Source: Thermodesulfobacteriota bacterium (GTDB lineage Bacteria > Desulfobacterota_D > UBA1144 > Nemesobacterales > UBA2774). Taken from it: a DNA stretch of 64,000 nucleotides. The stretch covers positions 2,144,001 to 2,208,000 of the forward strand of contig OZ244197.1 in assembly GCA_965216785.1 (NCBI GenBank). The letters are read 5' to 3'. Each line of letters opens with the position of its first letter. Within the stretch, counting starts at the first letter, position 1. Below are positions 18,750 to 27,552 of the stretch, piece after piece. Both the position numbers and the translations under genes were made by a program. The notes under the pieces are model-generated. The model made no database searches. It was not told where the DNA came from and saw only the letters and a list, made by a program, of their open reading frames with translations.

Positions 18750-19560
18750 GCGGCAGGTGTCGGAGTTTTTAAGGCGCGGGCAGCGGGCGTACCCGGAGAT
18801 ACGGCGCCGCGATAAAAGGCTTTTGGAAGAGGCGCTTGATTTTCTCTTGAGCGCCGAGGGAATAAATGACCCCGAGGGGACGCTTAAGTCGCTCTTTCAT
18901 GTGTATGAGGAGATAGACCCGTACGCGGATTATATAAAGCCCGGAGAGAGGGAGTTTTTCCCGGCACATAAGCGCGAGCGGACGCTCGAGCGGTTCCTGG
19001 AGGGATTTAAGTACATTTACTACATCCTGCTCAGGGCCCAGGAGAGGCTTTATCTCGCCAATACGTTTGGAGTGTTCTGGGAGCGCTGCGCCGAGTATCT
19101 TCAAAAGTGCGGTTACAAGAACAAGTATATAGATGGCGTATGTGGTAAGGATTCTCTATTTTACAGGCAGAGCTTTAATTACTGGCGGAGTGAGTTTAAG
19201 GACGAAGAAGAGGGGTTTTTGGTGATGTTCGCCTACTTTAAGGCTTGTTTCGGGATAGAGGGGAACGACGTTTACTGCTCGGTCGCGAACAGCCGAGAGA
19301 CTACGTATGACTGGAGGCGTATGAAGGCTTGTTTTGAGAAGCTACGGGACTCTGCAGTAAAAGAGACTGTAGTGCCAGCGCCAAAGTACGAAGAGTGGTC
19401 TGAGAAAAACAAAAGGATGATCCGGCAGAGGATAGAGGCCTACAAGAGGGAGCGCAGCGAGGAGATAAGAAAATCTGAGCAGGTGCTTGAAAATATCAGG
19501 ATACGAAACGAGAAAGAGGGGCATGGGCAGTTTGCGGCGGCAGGCAGCGCACATGGTTAG
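18682..19560 (+). CDS. Hypothetical protein downstream of the initiator
   Basis: 292-aa ORF; true start probably near 18757; no Walker motif seen. Confidence 0.7.
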   Translation: MRQKRSQEFTGSSRGFGEPRGSERQVSEFLRRGQRAYPEIRRRDKRLLEEALDFLLSAEGINDPEGTLKSLFHVYEEIDPYADYIKPGEREFFPAHKRERTLERFLEGFKYIYYILLRAQERLYLANTFGVFWERCAEYLQKCGYKNKYIDGVCGKDSLFYRQSFNYWRSEFKDEEEGFLVMFAYFKACFGIEGNDVYCSVANSRETTYDWRRMKACFEKLRDSAVKETVVPAPKYEEWSEKNKRMIRQRIEAYKRERSEEIRKSEQVLENIRIRNEKEGHGQFAAAGSAHG

Positions 19561-19771
19561 AGAGATTTTCGGGGTTTCGGAGCGTATAATATGCAGCGGT
19601 AACGGGGAGTTGCGGCTATTTTTGAAAATAATAGGTTAATTGTGAAAAGTTCGGGTATAATATTATATTAGCAGTTACTGTATCCGAATTGTCCTGAGAA
19701 TAGAAAAGGGCGGCTCGGCTGACAAGTTGTTAAGCTGAAGTCAGGATATGAAGCCAAGGTAAGGTAAAAAC

Positions 19772-20041
19772 ATGAGAGCAAACTATTATCACGAGCGTCT
19801 GGGTATTACATTTCGTATCATAGGTCTTCTTTTTGAGGACGAGAGGTACGAAATCTATCATGCCCGGAACAAAAAGTATGACCGGGACCTGATTCTCCAC
19901 TTTCCTAAGACCGGAGAAGGCCGGAAGTACAACGTCCCTAAGGTGAACTTCGAGAGGCTTGCAGCCGGGACGACGAGCAAGCCGCCAAAAGAAGTCAATC
20001 TGCCGTGGGATAACAAGTCCGAGAGGGCTAAAGGGCACTAA
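19772..20041 (+). CDS. Small basic hypothetical protein
   Basis: AAGG RBS; upstream TATAAT near 19656. Confidence 0.55.
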   Translation: MRANYYHERLGITFRIIGLLFEDERYEIYHARNKKYDRDLILHFPKTGEGRKYNVPKVNFERLAAGTTSKPPKEVNLPWDNKSERAKGH

Positions 20042-20538
20042 GCACGCACGGGGATAGAGGCGGTCCTTTGACTGCACGCTCACCCTGATCGGGGGATTTC
20101 TGCGATGCGGGAGAAGGGATAAAGTCAGGGGCTAAGGCAAACCCTGTCGATTGCATCCGCTTGTGCCTGACCACAAATAAACTTGTTTCTGTAGAGTGAA
20201 TGAAGGGGTGTTTTTTATCCTAGCCGGGAGGGCTTTGCTTTTTCAGCCTGAAGACCGCGGGACCGGGAGCATATAAGCCCGGGGGCTGTAGCCGCTGCGG
20301 GGAGGGGAAAGCGCCCGGGATCGGGAGTTCTTATTTGGGTATGTTCAGAATGGTACTCCAAGGCGGAGCTGCGTCCGATCTTCCCGATGGCATGAAGCAG
20401 GTGGAAGCATACGGTAGAGCAAAGGTGTGAAGTATTTGTCGTTTTGGAGTACAGATAGGCGCTGTAACAGTTGATGTAGGAGTCGAGTCGAACGAGGGCC
20501 GGTTGTTTTAGGGTAAGCACTTATTGAAGGAGGGGATT

Positions 20539-21459
20539 ATGACTTATGACTTCGAGTCTCTCAGCTGTCCGATGTGCGGCGGGGAGCTTATATATTCTGA
20601 GGGTACGCACGACCTTTGCTGCGCAAAGAACAAGTACGAGCTTTCGAGTATGGAAATGGGCAGGGGCGGCCCTTCGACTGCGCACTGTGTGCGCGCTCAG
20701 GGTGAGCGGGGGATTTCTGCGATGCCGGGGAGGGAAAGAAGGAAGGATGAGATCCCGGATCGAGTCCGGGATGACAAAGAAGAGAGGGATAAATTTGGGG
20801 ACAGAGGCGAGCGCAGTGCAGCGATGCCCGCAGGAATAAAATCAGGGGACAGAGGCGAGCGTTTTAGTGCGATGCCTGCAGGTATAAAATCAGGGGACGG
20901 AGGCGAGCGCAGTGCAGCGATGCCGGGGAATGAATTAAACAAAATCGGCAGAGCGCTTCATGAGCCCGGGGCAGGATACGGGAGCGCGGGAAGTAATGGT
21001 GAGACACAGGGTGAATCGAGCGCCCCAAATTCCGGGTCTACACAAGAGACGCATGTTGGAATGAGTAGGCCGCATGCGAGCAAAAGTGATTTGAATAAAT
21101 CGAGTGGATGCTTATTCGCCGTCTCTTTTACCGAGAGCGGGAGGCACGGGACCCTGTGGAGCATCAGGACTGTGCACGGGGGCACGAATTATTTTTCGCT
21201 CATGAGACTAATGGACAAGATTGAGAAGCGCCAGAGGAGGGGCGAGCCTCTTGCCGCGAACGTCCCCAACCTGCCCAGGAAGGTGGAGCGCTCTAAAGAG
21301 TGTAAGCTGGCCTTCCGCTACAGCCTCGAGGTCGAGGACCTGTATTCAATTAAATACAGCTCGGAGACAGTGGACAAGCTGGCCATGTACTACGGGCTGA
21401 CTGAGCCCGACATCAGGCACATTCAGGCCGCGGAGATCGGGGGAGATCAGGGGACATGA
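20539..21459 (+). CDS. Hypothetical protein: N-terminal Zn-ribbon, repeat-derived linker, C-terminal Mor-like HTH
   Basis: AAGGAGG RBS; CPMCGG..CC; LAMYYGLTEPDIRHI tail. Confidence 0.55.
   Translation: MTYDFESLSCPMCGGELIYSEGTHDLCCAKNKYELSSMEMGRGGPSTAHCVRAQGERGISAMPGRERRKDEIPDRVRDDKEERDKFGDRGERSAAMPAGIKSGDRGERFSAMPAGIKSGDGGERSAAMPGNELNKIGRALHEPGAGYGSAGSNGETQGESSAPNSGSTQETHVGMSRPHASKSDLNKSSGCLFAVSFTESGRHGTLWSIRTVHGGTNYFSLMRLMDKIEKRQRRGEPLAANVPNLPRKVERSKECKLAFRYSLEVEDLYSIKYSSETVDKLAMYYGLTEPDIRHIQAAEIGGDQGT
20795..20940 (+). repeat. Tandem repeat, ~3 x 48 bp, same family as 17443-17640
   Basis: GGGGACRGAGGCGAGCG-N7-GCGATGCC units; translates as GDRGERSAAMPAGIKS. Confidence 0.9.
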
Positions 21460-21599
21460 AGCAAAAGAGAGCGTGGGCGGATACCATCTGCTTAGAGTGC
21501 AAATAGAGCGGTTATTCAGGGTGATTAGTAGTCATGAATTGTATGGATAAAGCCCGTGGATATGTCATAATACTTATATAAACAAACGAGTGAGGAGAC

Positions 21600-22187
21600 G
21601 TGATGAAGAGAACCTACACCTTATATATAGCGGCGGTAATGATGACACTCAGCATATTCTCGTTTGGTTGTAATAAGCAGGGCTCGGATCCTGTTTCGGA
21701 GTCCGCGGCGGATCAGCTGGCTAAAGGGCAGGCGCTTGTGGAGGAGTGGAAATGCAATTACTGCCATTCACCGGAGGTTATGGGTCCTGAGGGTAAGGCA
21801 ATCCCCGATCCGGACAGGCTGCTTTCGGGACATCCGGCGGACGAGGAGATCCCGGAAATACCCGATATGATTATGACATCGCCCGAGTACATGGAGTTTT
21901 TGGACAACCTTGACTCTACAGTGTGGGCGACCGACAACAAGATTGTGTTCACGGCCAACCTGACTCCGGACGACGAGACGGGGATCGGCGCCTGGACTGA
22001 GGAAATGTTCATTGCCACCATACGCTCGGGCCAGCACCGGGGGGTGGGCAAGAGGCTCAAGTACCCGATGCCGTGGCAGGAGCTCGCGGAGCTTGACGAC
22101 GCGGAGCTTGCGGCCATATACGTATACCTACAGAGCGTTGAGCCTGTAAGTAATAAAGTCCCTGAGTCGATAGTTCTTTTTAAGTAA
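21600..22187 (+). CDS. c-type cytochrome lipoprotein
   Basis: Lipobox SFGC; CNYCH; ANLTPDDETGIG..W and PMPW. Confidence 0.9.
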   Translation: MMKRTYTLYIAAVMMTLSIFSFGCNKQGSDPVSESAADQLAKGQALVEEWKCNYCHSPEVMGPEGKAIPDPDRLLSGHPADEEIPEIPDMIMTSPEYMEFLDNLDSTVWATDNKIVFTANLTPDDETGIGAWTEEMFIATIRSGQHRGVGKRLKYPMPWQELAELDDAELAAIYVYLQSVEPVSNKVPESIVLFK

Positions 22188-22330
22188 CGCGGTGAAATCC
22201 GGAATGGGCGGAGTATAGACTTTTACGGCTTCGGGACACCGGAAAGTATTTCCGTAGAGAAAAATGAGTGTTGCAAATTTTTAATAATTACAGTACATTT
22301 GTGTTAATAGTTAATGCAAGGAGTGTGCAT

Positions 22331-23086
22331 ATGAAGATGAGCGGTTATAAGCCATCTCTTTTAAGCGCAGTTTTAATTATCGCGGTTTTACTTGTATTGC
22401 CGTTGACCCCGGCTTTCGCACAGGTTGACTTTACCCCGAGCGAGGGGGAGTTTGTTCTGGCAAATCCACAGGTTCTGGAGCAGAATTTTCAGTCGGGCAA
22501 TGTGGCTCCGGGGGAGCTTGAGAGCTGTGACTCGCCAGTGAACCTTGACTCGGACGGTGATTGCTTTAACCCGGGAGATATATTCCCCGGTATTCAGTTT
22601 GACTCTATTCCCCCGGGAGATATGAACCTCGCGGGCAGTTTCTGGAGCGCGAACCAAAACCCTATGAACGCTCTTACGCCGGACGGCTCCACTCAGTCTA
22701 TGGAGATCACTTTCCCGGATAACGCTATAAACGCCGCCGGGCTTACCTTGGGCTGCCTGGATGACAATGGCGGTTGTATTGGCGACCTGGTGGGTGTTGA
22801 CGTATTCGGGGCGGGCGGCGAGCTATTGGGCTCGACTCAAGCTTTTGTATCGAGTCAGTTTAATACGTTTGTAGGAATTACGTCCGTGGAGATTATAGAA
22901 AGAATAGTGATTAGCGACGCAAACCCGCAGACAGTGAGCTTTAGAGGACTGAGCAGAGTGCTGTACCCGCTGCAGGATGAAGTTGATATTCCGACTCTGA
23001 GCGAGTGGGGGCTGATTGCGACAGTGCTGGGGCTGGGAATTATAGGGCTCTTTGCTATACGCAGAAGGGCTGCTGCCAGAACATAA
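22331..23086 (+). CDS. IPTL-CTERM protein
   Basis: Signal peptide; IPTLSEWG-TM-RRR. Confidence 0.88.
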   Translation: MKMSGYKPSLLSAVLIIAVLLVLPLTPAFAQVDFTPSEGEFVLANPQVLEQNFQSGNVAPGELESCDSPVNLDSDGDCFNPGDIFPGIQFDSIPPGDMNLAGSFWSANQNPMNALTPDGSTQSMEITFPDNAINAAGLTLGCLDDNGGCIGDLVGVDVFGAGGELLGSTQAFVSSQFNTFVGITSVEIIERIVISDANPQTVSFRGLSRVLYPLQDEVDIPTLSEWGLIATVLGLGIIGLFAIRRRAAART

Positions 23087-23131
23087 GATAAGAATAGCAA
23101 GATAGTATATACCTAATATAGAATATTAACA

Positions 23132-23168
23132 GAGCCTCTTCCCCCACTACCGGGGAAGGGGCTTTTTT
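23132..23168 (+). terminator. Intrinsic terminator
   Basis: GCCTCTTCCC/GGGAAGGGGC stem followed by T-run. Confidence 0.7.
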
Positions 23169-23208
23169 GTGTATAATGTGCGTAGTAAAATGAATGAAGG
23201 AGCACGGT

Positions 23209-23742
23209 ATGAAAAAATTCATCACATTTTCAATAGTAACGATGTTTCTGATAGCCTCGCCGCTTGGCGCGGTGGCCGCATTTGCCCAGGAGGCTGAGGT
23301 AGCTGAAGAAACAGAGGCCGCGGCGGACCCCGAAAAGGAAGCGGTCAATAAAGCGCTGGGCCAGTTCTATATGGCGCTAAACCAGTTGTTCAAAGGCGAC
23401 GTGGAGCCGATGAAAAAGGTGTGGTCACACGCAGAGGACGTAACGTATATGCCTCCTGACGGCACATATCTCATAGGCTGGGACGAGACTATTAAGTCGT
23501 GGCAAGAGCAGGCGGCAATGAAGCTTGGCGGAGTGATAAGGCCTGTAGAGCTCAATTACCAGATTGGTGACACGATTGCGGTCGTGCAAAATTACGAGGT
23601 CGGAGAGAATTTTGCAAATGGCGAACGGGATACTGTGAAAATACGGGCTACCAATGTATTCAGGAAGGAAGACGGCCAGTGGAAGATGGTATCGCACCAT
23701 ACGGACGTGCTGCCGTTTTTAGAAAAGGAAGAGAAAAAGTAG
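23209..23742 (+). CDS. SnoaL/NTF2-like protein with signal peptide
   Basis: FYMALN..VWSH..RATNVFRKEDGQWKMVSHH. Confidence 0.88.
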   Translation: MKKFITFSIVTMFLIASPLGAVAAFAQEAEVAEETEAAADPEKEAVNKALGQFYMALNQLFKGDVEPMKKVWSHAEDVTYMPPDGTYLIGWDETIKSWQEQAAMKLGGVIRPVELNYQIGDTIAVVQNYEVGENFANGERDTVKIRATNVFRKEDGQWKMVSHHTDVLPFLEKEEKK

Positions 23743-23819
23743 GGGCTTTATCTATAAGCAGGGTAAAAGATGAGGGCCCGGACCACGCTCCGGGATGACA
23801 AAAATGCGGGAGGGAGATT

Positions 23820-24221
23820 ATGGATATAAAGGAAGCGGTAGAAGAGTATTTCAGGGCGCTTAACGCAATGTTCGCGGGAGACGCTGAGCATATTAAGCAC
23901 CTGTGGTCGCACAGCGCCGACGCGGTATTCTATGGTCCTGACGCCAGCACGCTTACCGGTTGGGAAGCTGTGGAGACGCTCATCGATCAGCACGCGGCGA
24001 TGAACATCGGGGGGTTTGTAGAGCCTTCCGGCATTCACTACGTCGAAGGCGGCGAGCTGACGGTAGTTTATAGCAATGTGAAGGGCCATCATCATATTGG
24101 CGGTAAGCAGCAGCCCGTGGACATCCGCGCTTCCATGGTGTTCCGCGAGGAAAGCGGGGAGTGGAAGGTGGTTGCTCTACAGACGGACATACTGCCGTTT
24201 ATTTTGCCGCTGGGTGATTAG
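23820..24221 (+). CDS. SnoaL/NTF2-like protein
   Basis: Paralog of both neighbours; RASMVFREESGEWKVV. Confidence 0.85.
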   Translation: MDIKEAVEEYFRALNAMFAGDAEHIKHLWSHSADAVFYGPDASTLTGWEAVETLIDQHAAMNIGGFVEPSGIHYVEGGELTVVYSNVKGHHHIGGKQQPVDIRASMVFREESGEWKVVALQTDILPFILPLGD

Positions 24222-24253
24222 GCGTATCTGAGATAAAAAAGTATAAGAAACAG

Positions 24254-24415
24254 ATGAGATCCTGAATAGATCCGGATCAAGCCCGGGACATGGTTCAGGA
24301 TGACCACCCTTCGCTTCCGACTTCGCAAATGCATCGTCGAGACAAGAAAGCTTCGGGTGGCAAGCAATAAGGTATCACACCCATCCTAACCTTCCCCCCT
24401 CAAGGGGGAAGGAAT
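24254..24415. repeat. Composite, nested REP-like cluster
   Basis: GAGATCCTGAA..TTCAGGATGAC, CTTCGC..GCTTCGG..GCAAG and CCCATCCTAACCTTCCCCC classes in series. Confidence 0.75.
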
Positions 24416-24439
24416 TGAAGATTGAAAAGGAGAAGCGAA

Positions 24440-24832
24440 ATGCATATAAATGAAGCGATAGATCAGTTTTACGGGGCTTTGAACGCACTGATCGGGGGAA
24501 ACATAGAGCCGATGAAGGAGATATGGCTGCATGAGGATTACGTTACGTACCTTGACCCCACGGGGGCATATCTTGTCGGCTGGGACAAGGTGCTCGAGAG
24601 CTGGCAGAAGCAGGCGGACATGCACATAGACGGGGACGTGCACCATGAGAAGCTGCAGGTGATGGTGGAGGGGACCATGGCGGTCGCTCACAACTACGAG
24701 ATCGGGAATACGGAGATAGAAGGGAAGCGGGAGCATGTGTTCATACGCGCCACGAACGTGTTCCTTAAAAAAGACGGCAAATGGAAAATGATCTCACACC
24801 ACGTTGACCATATGAAGATGCTTGGGGGGTAG
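24440..24832 (+). CDS. SnoaL/NTF2-like protein
   Basis: RATNVFLKKDGKWKMISHH; AGGAG RBS. Confidence 0.88.
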   Translation: MHINEAIDQFYGALNALIGGNIEPMKEIWLHEDYVTYLDPTGAYLVGWDKVLESWQKQADMHIDGDVHHEKLQVMVEGTMAVAHNYEIGNTEIEGKREHVFIRATNVFLKKDGKWKMISHHVDHMKMLGG

Positions 24833-24860
24833 GGGGGGTGCATTAACGTGATGCAAATTC

Positions 24861-25637
24861 TCAATGCCCGCTGTAGCGGCTTTTTTGGGCGGCGGGGATT
24901 GGGGTAACGGGTTTGCAGGTGCGTGCTTCATCGACGGTTCTTTTCATGGTTTCGAGGTTTACCTGGGCTTTTTGGTAGTAAATCGGCAATAGGCCTTCGG
25001 ATTCCCACTTCTCAGCTTCTTCGCAGGGTATGCTCTTCTTAGTCCTTTTCCCGCCTTTTAATACCTTATTGTAATAGAGTACGTCGTTTTCGATCTTCGG
25101 GTCATCGTACCAGTCAAAGAACGACAGGCTTTTGGTCGGGAGGTCAATTATCAAAACCCGCTTGTGGTCACGCCCCGTCCACTGGTCCAGGAAAAGCTGC
25201 TCGCCCAAAAGTCCCACGAACTGGTTGGCTCCCCCGAACTCGCCGGCTTTGATGAAGTAGTAAGCTCTTTTCAGATTTAGATTGCAAGGGTCTTGCACTT
25301 CTTCGGTCTTGAAAATGTAGGTGTTCTGGCCTTCAAAGTCCTTGGACCTGACGGAATATATAGTATAGAAGTCATATACATATGCCTTACCGCTCTCACA
25401 GGTCTTTACCTCCGCAGTTTCAGTGCCGGGAATCAGGGGTACTACCTGCTTGTACTGCTGCTCGTAGGAGAGTGCGGAGGCTGTGGTGAGAAATAAGAAT
25501 GTAAGGAAAATTGATAATGTTATTAAATCCCCCCCCACCTTTAATCCTCCCCCCGCGGGGGGGAGGAGATTAGAAAAAGACAAAAAATGAGATCCCGAAA
25601 CAAGTTCAGGATGACAAGATAAGGATAGTTTTTTCAT
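24861..25637 (-). CDS. Secreted hypothetical protein (paralog of 26813-27463) with REP-derived N-terminal insertions
   Basis: PLIPGT, GGAN.F.GL and DQ.TG shared with the paralog; 4 Cys. Confidence 0.8.
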   Translation of the reverse strand: MKKLSLSCHPELVSGSHFLSFSNLLPPAGGGLKVGGDLITLSIFLTFLFLTTASALSYEQQYKQVVPLIPGTETAEVKTCESGKAYVYDFYTIYSVRSKDFEGQNTYIFKTEEVQDPCNLNLKRAYYFIKAGEFGGANQFVGLLGEQLFLDQWTGRDHKRVLIIDLPTKSLSFFDWYDDPKIENDVLYYNKVLKGGKRTKKSIPCEEAEKWESEGLLPIYYQKAQVNLETMKRTVDEARTCKPVTPIPAAQKSRYSGH

Positions 25638-25690
25638 GAGGGAAAAGGATACCCGGCTTCGTAATACTTCGCCTGGCGTAGCAAGATTAT

Positions 25691-26080
25691 TTCTTCTTTT
25701 GCATGATCACACACGAAGTGTGAATTACTAAAAGATTGCAAAAATCATCGCCTGGACACTCACAAAGTGAGTTTTTACAAATGTGACCTAAGGACTTAGT
25801 AAATTTCTGGCTGCGCGGTATATTGTAGAAACCGTTTGTCAGCACGCACAGCGTGTACGCTAAAAATGAATTCTGTAAGCTAAACCTCCACAATTCCGCC
25901 CACACCCCGTGTGAGGTTTTTAACGCGGACACAGAGTGTCCAATCATACGGTTTCTACATGGCTTATGAGTTAGGGTAAGCAGATAAAGTTCTCATGAAC
26001 CTCATGAGGAATGTAGAAACATTATGTCTGCGGGCACTGCCCGCATTTTCTTAACGCTATTTATGTATGTCGGAAGCTTA
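25691..26080 (+). ncRNA. Large structured repeated element, copy 1 (candidate ncRNA or non-autonomous element)
   Basis: High identity with 35501-35886 and 27553-27832; at least 7 stems; compensatory changes. Confidence 0.55.
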
Positions 26081-26109
26081 AAAGCAAAGACAACGGCAAA
26101 AGAAAATGA

Positions 26110-26138
26110 TGAGATCCCGGATCGGTGTCCGGGATAAC
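26110..26138. repeat. REP-like palindrome GAGATCCCGGATC..TCCGGGAT(G/A)AC
   Basis: Copies at 20746-20776, 23775-23800, 24254-24305 and 25589-25616. Confidence 0.8.
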
Positions 26139-26259
26139 AATGTAATGGCTCTATTTTCATTCCGAAAAAAATACCAGAGTTTCCGGTCTTGCAATGTAAG
26201 GGCAATTGTTATTAGAATTGAGGGTATAGTATTGATAATCCAGTCAGCAGGAGGGTGTT

Positions 26260-26781
26260 ATGAGCTTAAGAAAATTACTATTGATGTTACCGTTGCTGCT
26301 GTTTCTTGGGACCACAGCGTGCGATAACGACAACAGCAGTAACGCGCAGGATATGGAGCCTGACCCGGCGCCTGTGCAAGCCAAGACCACTGTAACGGGC
26401 AAGGTGATCCCGCCCGGAAGCGATAGCTGCAATGGAATGTTTCCAGGGTTTATGGACGGGGACGATGTGGAAATCGATGTCAATTCTAACGGAGGACCGT
26501 CCGGAACCGCGACTATTATGGTTAATCAGGGGACAGACGGGATGATAGCGTGCTCGGCTGACGGCGCGGGGCTAGAGATTGTGGATTCGCCGCCAATATC
26601 TAATATTATTTGTGAGGTAATGTCGGTATCGAGCGAGTTTACGGGAGTCAGCAATGGAGACCTGCTTCAATTTGCGGTCTTCTTTTCAGGTGAATCGCCC
26701 GTACAGAAGCAGGCGGTTGTAATTGTCATGGATCAATGCGCTGTTATAGGAATCGAAAACCTTAACGCGAACTCTTCTTAG
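26260..26781 (+). CDS. Lipoprotein, hypothetical
   Basis: AGGAGG RBS; lipobox TTAC. Confidence 0.75.
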   Translation: MSLRKLLLMLPLLLFLGTTACDNDNSSNAQDMEPDPAPVQAKTTVTGKVIPPGSDSCNGMFPGFMDGDDVEIDVNSNGGPSGTATIMVNQGTDGMIACSADGAGLEIVDSPPISNIICEVMSVSSEFTGVSNGDLLQFAVFFSGESPVQKQAVVIVMDQCAVIGIENLNANSS

Positions 26782-26812
26782 AAAACTGGTCAACGAAGAT
26801 TTCTAATATGGA

Positions 26813-27463
26813 TTACTGGCCCGGTCTGCAGCGGTATTTGTCGAGCGCTTCTTTTTTCCCGGTCTCAAGGTTGTAGGCAGTCTGTCGTTGGTAGTGTGTT
26901 CTTAGTCCCTGCATAGCCCAGTCGCCTAGCAGGATGCATTGGTTCCCGGCGTTATAGAACTCACGGGGGTGGACGGTCTCAAAATAGGTGAGGGTACCGT
27001 CAGAGAGCACAGGGTCTGTGTAGTTGGTGAAATACTGCAGTTTTCCACTCTTAAGATCGTATATGGAAAGTCCCCTGTAGGTAGGGCCCGTGCCCTGGTC
27101 GATGAACAGGTAGTCAACGTACAGCCCGGCGAAGAAGTTGGCTCCGCCCAATACGTCGTTGTCGTACGTGTAGAGGGGCTCTCGCGCGGCTGTCTTGCAC
27201 AGCCTGCCGTCTTTCTTGTCCGTATGGTAAACGTTAATGTTCTCCCCGGACAGCTGCTTTGTAGGAATCGTATATATTGTATATTCTTTATATCTATATA
27301 CTGTGCCGTTACCGCACTTTTTGACATGGGGCGTGTCAGTGCCGGGTATGAGCGGGATTAGCTGCGCCGCGTCCTCGGGAAGCTCTGGGTCGGCAGAGCG
27401 GGCGGTGAGCGGGATAATGAATAGTAGTGCAATGACTAGGGTTATATGGGTTATCGTGTTCAT
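26813..27463 (-). CDS. Secreted hypothetical protein (paralog of 24861-25637)
   Basis: Signal peptide; shared motifs and Cys pattern. Confidence 0.8.
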   Translation of the reverse strand: MNTITHITLVIALLFIIPLTARSADPELPEDAAQLIPLIPGTDTPHVKKCGNGTVYRYKEYTIYTIPTKQLSGENINVYHTDKKDGRLCKTAAREPLYTYDNDVLGGANFFAGLYVDYLFIDQGTGPTYRGLSIYDLKSGKLQYFTNYTDPVLSDGTLTYFETVHPREFYNAGNQCILLGDWAMQGLRTHYQRQTAYNLETGKKEALDKYRCRPGQ

Positions 27464-27552
27464 TTAAAAAAGGATACGTACAGAGGGGGTAGAATCAAGA
27501 ATCATTTAATGTTTGCACATTATCTTTTAACGATACTCAAATATACAACTTT

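Noticed and set aside
20125-20172. c-di-GMP-I riboswitch (GGCAAACC)
   Set aside because: Lacks the GAAA-loop P2 and the GGACGCAAAG continuation.
20215-20520. 101-aa minus-strand ORF inside the phage-like module
   Set aside because: GTG directly follows a stop with no RBS, it opposes the module orientation, and it has no motif.
25687-25947. 86-aa ORF (also 35661-35912 and 26002-26205) within the repeated element
   Set aside because: No RBS. The ORFs called in different copies lie on different strands, and conservation tracks stems rather than codons. A partly preserved minus-strand frame (..HTSCVI.QKK) cannot be fully excluded.
25918-26060. Integron attC sites (TAAC motifs)
   Set aside because: No matching GTTRRRY partner forming an attC hairpin, no integron integrase, and flanking genes are in mixed orientation.
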